DNA of 58,670 nucleotides, from the NCBI GenBank assembly GCA_031550095.1, contig JAVBOX010000047.1, forward strand, positions 1 through 58,670, given 5' to 3'. Both the position numbers and the translations under genes were made by a program. Below the pieces are notes generated by a model. It was not told the origin of the DNA, did not search any database, and saw nothing but the letters and a program-made list of their open reading frames with translations. The DNA comes from Eubacteriales bacterium (lineage in GTDB: Bacteria; Bacillota; Clostridia; Christensenellales; Aristaeellaceae). Below are positions 42,634-51,197 of this stretch, piece by piece; position 1 is the stretch's first letter, and the number at the start of each line of letters is the position of its first letter.

Positions 42634-43560
42634 ATGCCGCAGCCGCGCCGCCCCCGCATTCTGGACGACCGCTGCCTCTACAGCGTGTACTTCGCGCCCA
42701 GAGGGGCCATGCGCATGACTGAAATGGGCATGCAGATCGCACAGCGGCATCTTACGGCCTTTGACCGGCTTATCGGCGTGGTGGGGGAAGCCGGCTCCGG
42801 CAAGAGCATCCTGCTCCGAGGCATGTTCCCAGGCCTTGAGCTATCCAACGACGACAACGGGGTGAACGTGCGACCTCTGCCCATTCTGGACATCAGCTCC
42901 GGCGGTTTTTATCAGCCCCACACATTCCATATCGACATGCGGTTTGAGATGGCCTTTACCCAAATGCATGTCCTTGCCAACGCGGTTCGGGAAGCCATTC
43001 ATCGTGGCAGGCGGGTGGTGGTGGAGCATTTTGATCTGCTCTACCCCCACCTGGATATCAACGCTGAACTTCTCATCGGCGTCGGTGAGGACATCATCGT
43101 CACCCGGCCCACCCTTTTCGGCCCAGAACCCCAGGATCTGGCCAATATTGTCCATAAATCCATCCGCTACCGCCGCATGGCCCACACGGCGGAGGATCTG
43201 GTGGAGCGGTTTCTCTGGGACCCCTATCACGGGGAATACGCCCATTCTGACGTGCGGCATGGCTTTGTGCTCTCCTTTGAAAAGTGCCCGGATGTCGATC
43301 TGGAACTCATGGAAAAATGGGTTCTGGAGCAAATCGCCCTGGATCTCCCCGTCTGCTATGTGGATGAGGAGCATATCCGCTTTGGGGAGAAGCTGCACCA
43401 CTGCACCGGCCCTCGGATGCATGTGGCCTCCACTGGGAAAATCGAAAATTTCCGAATGCTACACGAGTTCAAGTTTGACCCCATCGACGCCCGCTTTCTC
43501 ATGGTGGGCCTTGTGGGGGAACCCATTGCCGACATGCGGGATTTAAACAAAATATCATAA
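42634..43560 (+). CDS. Uncharacterised P-loop NTPase
   Basis: 308 aa. Walker A is VVGEAGSGKS and a possible Walker B is RRVVVEHFD. I recognise no further family. AAAGGAGG SD 7 nt upstream of ATG 42634. Confidence 0.75.
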   Translation: MPQPRRPRILDDRCLYSVYFAPRGAMRMTEMGMQIAQRHLTAFDRLIGVVGEAGSGKSILLRGMFPGLELSNDDNGVNVRPLPILDISSGGFYQPHTFHIDMRFEMAFTQMHVLANAVREAIHRGRRVVVEHFDLLYPHLDINAELLIGVGEDIIVTRPTLFGPEPQDLANIVHKSIRYRRMAHTAEDLVERFLWDPYHGEYAHSDVRHGFVLSFEKCPDVDLELMEKWVLEQIALDLPVCYVDEEHIRFGEKLHHCTGPRMHVASTGKIENFRMLHEFKFDPIDARFLMVGLVGEPIADMRDLNKIS

Positions 43561-43571
43561 AGAGTTAGAAA

Positions 43572-43619
43572 GCCATGCCGATTGGGTATACCATACCTAG
43601 CGGCATGGTGATTTTATTT
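43572..43619 (+). terminator. Rho-independent terminator, the first convincing one after the 33.5-43.6 kb gene string
   Basis: GCCATGCCG-20-nt loop-CGGCATGGT followed by GATTTTATTTC. Confidence 0.7.
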
Positions 43620-43666
43620 CTCAATATCTTGTGTTGACATGCCGCCTTATCCCCTATATAATGTAA
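43619..43666 (+). promoter_or_regulatory. nrdD promoter (TTGACA-17-TATAAT) overlapped by two NrdR-box-like sites
   Basis: Box 1 is TCTCAATATCTTGTGT (43619..43634). Box 2 is CCCCTATATAATGTAA (43651..43666). Their starts are 32 bp apart. TTGACA is at 43634..43639 and TATAAT at 43657..43662. Confidence 0.6.
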
Positions 43667-43708
43667 AACGCACAAGCAAAGGGGGGGTCTCGGATAATTA
43701 CCAGCATT

Positions 43709-46009
43709 ATGAAGCGCGATGGGCGCACGGTACCCTTCACAGCAGAAAAAATCGAACAAGCCGTACTAAAAGCGCTCCAGGCATCCGGCAGCGCCAAAGG
43801 GCCGGAAACCGCACGTTCCATCGCGCTGGATGTCAAAGAGAAAATCGAGCGGGATGAATCCATCGATATTCCCACAGTGGAACAAGTGCAGGACATTGTC
43901 GAGCAAACGCTCATCGAAAGCGGCTTTACGCATACCGCCAAGGCCTACATCCTCTACCGGGCCGAACGGAGCCGGATTCGGGAGATGAACGGCCGCCTCA
44001 TGAAGACCTTGGGCGATATCACGTTCAAAAACTCGCTGGATTGCGACATCAAGCGGGAAAACGCCAACATCAATGGGGATACCCCCATGGGCATTATGCT
44101 CAAATATGGCTCGGAAAGCGCCAAGCAGTTTTATGATATGTACGTGCTCAATCCAAAGCACGCCCAGGCCCACCGGAATGGGGACATCCACATCCATGAT
44201 CTGGATTTTCTGACCCTGACCACCACCTGCTGCCAGATCGATCTGGTCAAGCTGTTCAGGGGCGGCTTTTCCACGGGCCACGGTTCCCTTCGGGAGCCTC
44301 AAAACATCGCTTCCTACGCGGCGCTTTGCTGCATCGCTATCCAATCCAACCAAAACGACCAGCACGGCGGCCAGTCCATTTCCAACTTTGACTATGGCAT
44401 GGCGCCAGGGGTTTCCAAAACGTTTGTGAAAATATACAAGAAGAACCTTTCCAACGCCCTGGAGCTCTTAGCCAATGTTGAGGAGGCCGACGTGGAAGCG
44501 GAGCGGCTCATGGGTATCGTCCGTCAGCAGACGGGCATGCTGCCCACCCTGGACGAGGCTATTCCCTTCACCAAAGCCCTTCTCCCGCTGATTGAAGGCC
44601 TGTCCGATAAGGCTACCGCTCAGCGGGCCCTTGCCTTTGCCCAGCGCAAGGCGATCCGGGAGACGGATCATGCCACCTATCAGGGCATGGAGTCCCTGGT
44701 GCATAACCTGAACACCATGCACTCCCGTGCTGGGGCCCAAATACCCTTTTCCTCTATCAATTACGGCATGGACACCTCCGCGGAAGGCCGCATGGTGATG
44801 AAAAACCTGCTGAAAGCCACGGAAGCCGGCATGGGCCGGGGAGAGACGCCCATTTTCCCCATCCAGATATTCCGCGTGAAGGAAGGCGTAAACTACAACC
44901 CTGGCGATCCCAACTACGATCTGTTTCGCCTGGCCATCAGGACCTCCGCAAAGCGCCTTTTCCCCAACTTCAGCTTCATGGACGCCCCCTTTAACGCCAA
45001 GTACTACAAGGGAACCCCGGAGACGGAAATCGCCTACATGGGCTGCCGCACCCGGGTGATCGGCAATGTCTACGACCCGGATCAGGAAATCGTTCCCGGC
45101 CGGGGGAACCTTTCGTTTACATCGGTGAATCTGCCCCGCCTGGCCATCGAATCAGACGGAAACACGGATCTTTTCTTTCAGAAGCTGGACGCGCAAATGG
45201 ACTTGGTCTTTGACCAGCTGGACGAGCGCTTCCGCATCCAGTGCAAAAAGAAGGTCTTCAACTATCCCTTCCTCATGGGCGAGGGCATTTGGCTGAACAG
45301 CGACAAGCTGGGCTGGAACGACGAAGTGGGCGAGGTGCTCAAGCACGGCACCCTAACCGTAGGCTTCATCGGCCTTGCGGAGACCCTCAAAAGCCTTCTC
45401 GGCGCCCACCATGGGGAAAGCCCGGAGGCCCAGGCCCTTGGGTTGAAGCTCATTGGCCATATGCGCACCCGCTGCGATGAGCGCAGCGAAAGGACGCGGC
45501 TCAACTATACCCTAATCGCCACGCCCGCGGAGGGCCTTTCCGGCCGCTTTGTACACATGGACCGAAAGAAATACGGCAATCTGCCCGGCATTACCGACCG
45601 GGATTACTATACCAACAGCTTCCATGTGCCTGTTTACTACCCCATCAACGCCTTCGATAAAATCCAAATTGAGGCGCCCTATCATGCCTTGACCAACGCG
45701 GGGCATATCACCTATGTGGAATTGGACGGGGACCCCATGCAGAACCTGGAAGCCTTTGAGCGCATTGTCCGGGCCATGCGGGAGGCGGGGGTGGGCTATG
45801 GCTCCATCAACCATCCCATCGACCGGGATCCTCTTTGCGGTTACAATGGCATCATCAACGACACCTGCCCCCAGTGCGGCCGCAGCGAGGCTGGCGGCCA
45901 GCATTTTGAGCGGATCCGCAGAATCACGGGATACCTTGTCGGCACCCTGGACCGTTTCAACAACGCCAAGCGATCCGAGGAGCGAGACCGGGTGAAGCAC
46001 CAGCTATGA
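43709..46009 (+). CDS. nrdD: Anaerobic ribonucleoside-triphosphate reductase
   Basis: 766 aa. N-terminal ATP-cone (MKRDGRTVPFTAEKIEQAV). C-terminal CPQCG zinc site and the RRITGYL glycyl-radical motif. Confidence 0.96.
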   Translation: MKRDGRTVPFTAEKIEQAVLKALQASGSAKGPETARSIALDVKEKIERDESIDIPTVEQVQDIVEQTLIESGFTHTAKAYILYRAERSRIREMNGRLMKTLGDITFKNSLDCDIKRENANINGDTPMGIMLKYGSESAKQFYDMYVLNPKHAQAHRNGDIHIHDLDFLTLTTTCCQIDLVKLFRGGFSTGHGSLREPQNIASYAALCCIAIQSNQNDQHGGQSISNFDYGMAPGVSKTFVKIYKKNLSNALELLANVEEADVEAERLMGIVRQQTGMLPTLDEAIPFTKALLPLIEGLSDKATAQRALAFAQRKAIRETDHATYQGMESLVHNLNTMHSRAGAQIPFSSINYGMDTSAEGRMVMKNLLKATEAGMGRGETPIFPIQIFRVKEGVNYNPGDPNYDLFRLAIRTSAKRLFPNFSFMDAPFNAKYYKGTPETEIAYMGCRTRVIGNVYDPDQEIVPGRGNLSFTSVNLPRLAIESDGNTDLFFQKLDAQMDLVFDQLDERFRIQCKKKVFNYPFLMGEGIWLNSDKLGWNDEVGEVLKHGTLTVGFIGLAETLKSLLGAHHGESPEAQALGLKLIGHMRTRCDERSERTRLNYTLIATPAEGLSGRFVHMDRKKYGNLPGITDRDYYTNSFHVPVYYPINAFDKIQIEAPYHALTNAGHITYVELDGDPMQNLEAFERIVRAMREAGVGYGSINHPIDRDPLCGYNGIINDTCPQCGRSEAGGQHFERIRRITGYLVGTLDRFNNAKRSEERDRVKHQL

Positions 46010-46530
46010 CCGATCCAGTTCTGCGCGTCTTTGGCACCGTGGCGGAATCCATCGTGGACGGCCCCGGGCTGCGGTTTTCCGTGTTTACCCAGGGCTGCCC
46101 CCACGGATGCCCCGGCTGTCACAACCCCGGAAGCCATGATCCATTGGCGGGAAACACCATGGGCGTTTCTGAAATCGCCGCGCTGATCAAAACCAATCCA
46201 TTGCTATCCGGCGTTACGCTTACCGGTGGGGATCCCATGGAACAAGCCTCCGTTTGCCTAGCCCTCGCGCAAGCGCTGCCTTCTCCTTTAACCCTTTGGG
46301 TCTACACCGGCTACACCTACGAGGAAATCCTCGCCTCCAAGGATCCAAGCCGAATCGCCCTAGCCCATCGGGCGGATGTTTTGGTAGATGGCCGCTTCGT
46401 TCAGGCGGAGCGGTCCTTGGGTTTGCCCTTTCGCGGCAGCCGGAACCAGCGCGTCATCGACATAAAAAAAACCCTCGCCAAAGGCGAGGTTATGCTGTGG
46501 GAGCCGGAAGCTTGGGTGACGGAGGACTAG
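46006..46530 (+). CDS. nrdG: Anaerobic ribonucleotide reductase activating protein (radical SAM)
   Basis: 174 aa with VDGPGLRFSVFTQGCPHGCPGCHN. 4-nt overlap with nrdD. Confidence 0.95.
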   Translation: MTDPVLRVFGTVAESIVDGPGLRFSVFTQGCPHGCPGCHNPGSHDPLAGNTMGVSEIAALIKTNPLLSGVTLTGGDPMEQASVCLALAQALPSPLTLWVYTGYTYEEILASKDPSRIALAHRADVLVDGRFVQAERSLGLPFRGSRNQRVIDIKKTLAKGEVMLWEPEAWVTED

Positions 46531-46635
46531 GGGGGAACGACCAGGGGCGCTGCCCCTGATCCCCGGTCAAGGGCTTTGCCCCTGACAATCCCTTCATTTC
46601 GCCCGCGGCGGGGGGATATGATCAATCTGTTCTCT

Positions 46636-47301
46636 TTAGAAATCCGCCGCCTCGCCGGTCGATGGCAGGAGGCTTTCGCTATCCCGGAGCGTACAGGCGT
46701 ACAGCGTTCCATTGTATCGGAACTGGACGGCAATGCTCTCCGTGGATGTCTCCGCCGCTTCGGGAATGGCGAAAAGGAGGCAGCCTTCCAGGGAAGTATT
46801 GCTTCCGATGGTCCTAAGGCCGCCGGCATACATCCCCCGACCCGTCAGGTAGAAGAATGTATCCCGGGCCTGGGAGGAATAAGCGCGCCCGTGGAGAACC
46901 TCCGCGTCCAGAAAAGACGAGGCGTACACATCCCGGCCCGTATTGTTTTCCACCGTAATATACAGGCATAGAAGCCGATAGCCCGCTTTTGCCGTAAGGG
47001 TTGTTGTGGAAAAGCCGCCGGAAGGATAATACCGGAAGCGGTCGCCGGTCTCATATCCATTGACGGTCATGGTAAGCCCTTCGCCCAGCGCAAGCGACTC
47101 CCCGATATGGAACGGCTCTGCCGAAGGCTCGGTGACCTCATCTCGCTCCGCAAGCAGTTCCGCGATCTGCTGTTCCAGGGCTTCCACCCGCGCCTCCAGC
47201 GCTTCCAGCCTGCTGTCCTCCGCGCTGCCCGAAATGGTAAACGCCGAGATGATCAATGCCAGGACAACGATTGGCCCCATATATTTTGCAAAAGTTTTCA
47301 T
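46636..47301 (-). CDS. Secreted/membrane-anchored protein with coiled-coil segment and DUF4352-like beta domain
   Basis: 221 aa. N-terminal hydrophobic anchor, LEALEARVEALEQQIAELLAE, then a beta-rich region (LLCLYITVENNTGRDV). GAGGGAGAG SD. Confidence 0.65.
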   Translation of the reverse strand: MKTFAKYMGPIVVLALIISAFTISGSAEDSRLEALEARVEALEQQIAELLAERDEVTEPSAEPFHIGESLALGEGLTMTVNGYETGDRFRYYPSGGFSTTTLTAKAGYRLLCLYITVENNTGRDVYASSFLDAEVLHGRAYSSQARDTFFYLTGRGMYAGGLRTIGSNTSLEGCLLFAIPEAAETSTESIAVQFRYNGTLYACTLRDSESLLPSTGEAADF

Positions 47302-47421
47302 TTTTCTCTCCCTCGCTATCAAAGGTGGTTTGTATGCCTTTCATCGCTATGATACAAAGGAGCGGTTATTCTGTCAATTCAAGGCCGGTAAACGAACTGT
47401 GAACTTTTCTTCATTTGCCAT

Positions 47422-47595
47422 TCATCCATCTCCTTTTGTCATGTTATCCGCGTAGCTGCGCAATGAATCCAGGCTGTTGATCGTGGACGGCCGGTCGTTG
47501 ATGGCCGTGCGGACGTACATGGGAAGCGACGCGAACAGGTCCCTTGCTTCCGTTTCATTTCGGAGCAGTTCCCAAAGATCCGGATATGTTTTCAT
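47422..47595 (-). CDS. Small hypothetical protein (57 aa), below the ORF-track cutoff
   Basis: Hand translation gives MKTYPDLWELLRNETEARDLFASLPMYVRTAINDRPSTINSLDSLRSYADNMTKGDG. GAGGTGA SD 6 nt upstream of ATG 47595. Confidence 0.45.
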   Translation of the reverse strand: MKTYPDLWELLRNETEARDLFASLPMYVRTAINDRPSTINSLDSLRSYADNMTKGDG

Positions 47596-47737
47596 TTTGA
47601 ATCACCTCGCTATATCTTTTGATTATAAAAGACTTTTATGCGCAAAAGGGTATGGGCAAATCCTTTTCATCATGGTATATTGGTGTTCAAATAGAAAAGC
47701 CGGCGGCATTTTAGCTCCGGAAGGGGTTGTTATTCCA

Positions 47738-48856
47738 ATGTATCAAATTCGGAATGCGCGCATTTTAACGCCTTTTGCCCAACAAGAGGGTATCGTGATT
47801 GTGGATGGCGCACGCATTGTCGATGTGGTGCGCAACGCGGACATGACCAAGCGAACCAAGGCAATCGATGCCAGAGGCATGTATCTGGTGCCCGGCTTCG
47901 TGGATATCCATGCCCATGGGGGTGGCGGCGCTTCCGTCATGGAAGGAACATCCGGCGCCATAACAGCCATGTGCAACGCCCATGCCCGGCACGGCACCAC
48001 AACGATGCTGCCCACCACCGGCGCGGCGCCTCTTGCCTCCATCGAAAAGGCCATTGATAGCGTCCGCAAGGCGCAAATGGGCAAGTGCGACGCCACCATC
48101 GCCGGCATTCATCTCCAGGGACTTTTTTATTCTCCCCATCAGACGCCGGGTCATATGATGGAGTTCATCCGGGAGCCCAGCGACGTGAGCTGGCAGGATT
48201 TGCTGGACCGGTGGGACGGCATTCGCATCGTCGGCGCCGCGCCGGAGCTTACGGAAGCCCTGGCCTTGGGAAGCGAGCTGGCCGCCCGGGGCATCATTGG
48301 TTCCATCTCCCATTCCAACGCAAGCTATGAGCAGGTTCTTGCCGCAGTGACCCATGGTTACTCGGACGTGACAAACCTTTTCGTGGATGCTTCGCGGCTT
48401 ACCAAGCTTGGCGACACCCATGTGCCGGGCGTTACGGAGTGTGCGCTGGAGATGGACGAGCTCAGCGTTCAGCTGGTCGCCGACGGCCGGCATCTTCCCA
48501 TGCTGCTCATCCAGCTGGTCGTTCGGTGCAAGGGGCCCGAAGCCATCGTCCTGGTCTCCGACTGCGGCGGTTCAAGGTCTTCGGCCGTTCGGCCTGAAGA
48601 AGGGTTTCCTACCCTTTCCGGCATGGTGCGGAACATCGTTGCCGCGGGCGTTCCCTTGCGGGTCGCCATTCGCATGGCCACGGTCAACCCAGCCCGGCGC
48701 ATTGGGCTAGACGGCTGCAAAGGCCGCATCGCCACCGGGTATGACGCTGATCTGCTCATGCTAGACAACGAGTTAAACGTCCGCTTTTGCATGGCCAAGG
48801 GTCGAATCCTCCGGGATGACATCCTGAGCGATATGCCGGAAATCGCGGTTTTGTAA
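47738..48856 (+). CDS. nagA: N-acetylglucosamine-6-phosphate deacetylase-like amidohydrolase
   Basis: 372 aa from MYQIRNARILTP. PGFVDIHAHGGGG metal-binding motif and GSISHSNASYEQ. The upstream part of ORF 47477.. looks non-coding. Confidence 0.8.
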   Translation: MYQIRNARILTPFAQQEGIVIVDGARIVDVVRNADMTKRTKAIDARGMYLVPGFVDIHAHGGGGASVMEGTSGAITAMCNAHARHGTTTMLPTTGAAPLASIEKAIDSVRKAQMGKCDATIAGIHLQGLFYSPHQTPGHMMEFIREPSDVSWQDLLDRWDGIRIVGAAPELTEALALGSELAARGIIGSISHSNASYEQVLAAVTHGYSDVTNLFVDASRLTKLGDTHVPGVTECALEMDELSVQLVADGRHLPMLLIQLVVRCKGPEAIVLVSDCGGSRSSAVRPEEGFPTLSGMVRNIVAAGVPLRVAIRMATVNPARRIGLDGCKGRIATGYDADLLMLDNELNVRFCMAKGRILRDDILSDMPEIAVL

Positions 48857-49095
48857 ATTTAAAACAGTTTCGGCTCCTATGGATTGATGAGCATAGGTGC
48901 GCTTTTTAAAAAAAGGCGCGTCCCTTTTTTTGTTCAGGTGGCAGGTGTTCCATCAGGCCTTCATATTCTTCAATCATTTGAAGCATGCTATGCCATAATG
49001 CGAATTTGCGTTGGGAAGTGCGCGAAAGATCCAAGAGATTGCGTGATCCCTAACGGAGATTGGTATCGGGCAAGGAGAAGGAAGGAGGCATTCCA

Positions 49096-49278
49096 ATGGC
49101 GAAAAAACCCAGAAAGGATCGCAAGCCGGTTCGGGAGCCCATCTATGACATTGAGCAGGTGGTTTCCTCTTCGGAATGCACGGGAATCGCGCCGGCACCG
49201 GTCCAGGATGACGGGGCCGCGGACGCTTTTGCCGCCATGTACGCCATTCACCGGCCCTTGGTAGACCGAGAGGACTGA
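49096..49278 (+). CDS. Small hypothetical protein (60 aa)
   Basis: MAKKPRKDRKPVREPIYDIEQVV... is preceded by GGAGAAGGAAGGAGG. Confidence 0.5.
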   Translation: MAKKPRKDRKPVREPIYDIEQVVSSSECTGIAPAPVQDDGAADAFAAMYAIHRPLVDRED

Positions 49279-49361
49279 TTATCCCGTCAGGAAAGCACGC
49301 CAGGCCAAGTCAGGGAAAGGGGCTGTCTCGCTAGCGAAAATGCTGGCAGGGCAGCCCACTT

Positions 49362-49521
49362 AGTACAATTTCTGAAAACAGAGCGCATAGATTGGCGAGA
49401 GATTTTGCCGTCTCGCTAAGACGAGGGAGCGAGGCGTAGCAGCGCTACGCTGAGCGGACGAGGCAACGCGAGAAGGTAAAAGATCCGCCAGGATGTGTGC
49501 TATGTTTTCGAGAAATGCTCT
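49362..49521. repeat. Family-B long-hairpin intergenic repeat, copy 2
   Basis: AGTACAATTTCTGAAAACAGAGCGCAT ... GTGTGCTATGTTTTCGAGAAATGCTCT. Interior nearly identical to copies 1 and 3. Same orientation. Confidence 0.85.
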
Positions 49522-49805
49522 AAGATTCGAGCGGCGAGAAAATGCATCCAATTTATTATGTAATTAACCAATGTTGTAAGATATGGCGTATAGGGGGAGT
49601 GAACACGTTCACCGCGCCTCTACATACAGCGGCATTGCCACTTGCGTTCCCCGCTCTTTCGGGGGTATCTTTCCCTTGATGTTTGTTATGTTTTGTATAA
49701 TAGCATTCACAAAGAAAACACGCTTGTGCTCAAATGGTTGATATGTTAAAGTATATACAATCAAAGGAATGCTATGAACAATAGCTGATTTATAGGAGGG
49801 GAACC

Positions 49806-50420
49806 ATGTACGATCGAGTGTCTATAAAGGCCCAGGCGCGGGAAAGACTGCGCGAGGCAAGGGGCGCCTGCATTGGCGTTTATGCGCTGTATAATGTCGC
49901 GGCCTACGTTGCCGCCGGCATTACCTTAGGGCTTGGCGCCATTTTCATCATGCCTCCGCTGCTCATCGGCATGTATATCTTTTTCCTGGGCACCTGGCGG
50001 GATGAGAACCCCGTGTTCGAAACCCTCTTCTCAGGGTTCCGCCAATATGGGCAATCCGTGGGAACCGTTTTTTTCATGGGTTTATTCACGTTCCTTTGGA
50101 GCTTGCTTTTCATCATTCCTGGCATCATCAAGGCCCTCGCGTACTCCATGGCTCCCTATTTGGCAGCAGACTATCCCGACATGAGCCCAGCGCAAGCTTT
50201 GAAAGTCTCCATGGCCATCACCAAGGGACACAAAGGGAGCGTCTTTTTTATGGGGTTGAGCTTCTTTGGCTGGATCCTACTTTCCGGGCTGACGTTTGGC
50301 ATCCTGATGATCGTGTTTGTCGGGCCATATATGCAGGTCTCCATGGCGGGACTATACGACGCGCTGCTCATGGAAGCCCTGGAAAACGGCACCATCGACG
50401 AAGCGGATCTCCACAGCTGA
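49806..50420 (+). CDS. DUF975-family integral membrane protein
   Basis: 204 aa, multi-TM, with the typical start M....IK..A+..L and an internal FFMGL..F.W duplication. TAGGAGGGG SD. Confidence 0.75.
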   Translation: MYDRVSIKAQARERLREARGACIGVYALYNVAAYVAAGITLGLGAIFIMPPLLIGMYIFFLGTWRDENPVFETLFSGFRQYGQSVGTVFFMGLFTFLWSLLFIIPGIIKALAYSMAPYLAADYPDMSPAQALKVSMAITKGHKGSVFFMGLSFFGWILLSGLTFGILMIVFVGPYMQVSMAGLYDALLMEALENGTIDEADLHS

Positions 50421-50460
50421 TCTTCCCCCACATAGGCTTACAAAACTCATTTGCCCGATT

Positions 50461-50620
50461 GGAGCAATTTCTGAAAACATAGCGCATAGAGTGGCGAGAG
50501 ATTTTGCCGTCTCGCTAAGACGAGGGAGCGAGGCGTAGCAGTGCTACGCTGAGCGGACGAGGCAACGCGGGAAGGCAAAAGATCCGCCAGGATGCGTGCT
50601 ATGTTTTCGAGAAATGCTCT
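50461..50620. repeat. Family-B long-hairpin intergenic repeat, copy 3
   Basis: GGAGCAATTTCTGAAAACATAGCGCAT ... ATGCGTGCTATGTTTTCGAGAAATGCTCT. Apex is GCGTAGCAGTGCTACGC. Its last bases overlap the TAG stop of the next gene. Confidence 0.85.
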
Positions 50621-51197
50621 AACACCAGGAAACCGTCTCCGGCAGGCCCACGCCCCGCTCTGTGAAAAGCCAATAGGCCAACAGGGCGGCACAGGCGCGG
50701 CAGGAGGCGGTTTCTCCCTTTCGAAGGGCAACGGCGTCCACCCCTCCCAAAGCGCGGCAGAACCTTCTCACCTCCGGTTCCCCAAGCGCACAGGCCAGCA
50801 TCGCCCCGCGAAGGAGGGGCTCATCCGGCTTCCCGAAGATGGGCCCGATTCGCCGGGACAGGATCCCCATGAGGGTGGATTGTTCCTCAAACCACGGTTC
50901 TTGAAAAGTGCCGCGCACCAAAAAGGTTTGGCTCAGCAGCATCCTGTAAGTCTCTTGGGGAATATCCACGTAAAGCAGCCCGTTTTCATGGACGATTCGC
51001 GCGGTGCTCATTTGAAATTGTTGGCATATGCTTGCGTTAAAAACCAGAGAATCCCCGTTGAATGCCGAAACTCCTGGCGCCTCCCGCCTTGGCATGTCCG
51101 AAACCAGCAGCCCACGGCCAGAGCGATCCCACCGAAGAAAACCCAATGGGTGTTGCGCCCTGAATGCCCTCCGAAGGAAGATCGCGGGATTTCCCAT
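50619..51197 (-). CDS. Hypothetical protein (192 aa), translationally coupled to the DUF1934 gene
   Basis: A TAATG stop/start overlap at 51195..51199 supports the start MGNPAIFLRR. I recognise no family. The opposite-strand ORF 50592..51200 looks like a shadow ORF. Confidence 0.5.
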   Translation of the reverse strand: MGNPAIFLRRAFRAQHPLGFLRWDRSGRGLLVSDMPRREAPGVSAFNGDSLVFNASICQQFQMSTARIVHENGLLYVDIPQETYRMLLSQTFLVRGTFQEPWFEEQSTLMGILSRRIGPIFGKPDEPLLRGAMLACALGEPEVRRFCRALGGVDAVALRKGETASCRACAALLAYWLFTERGVGLPETVSWC

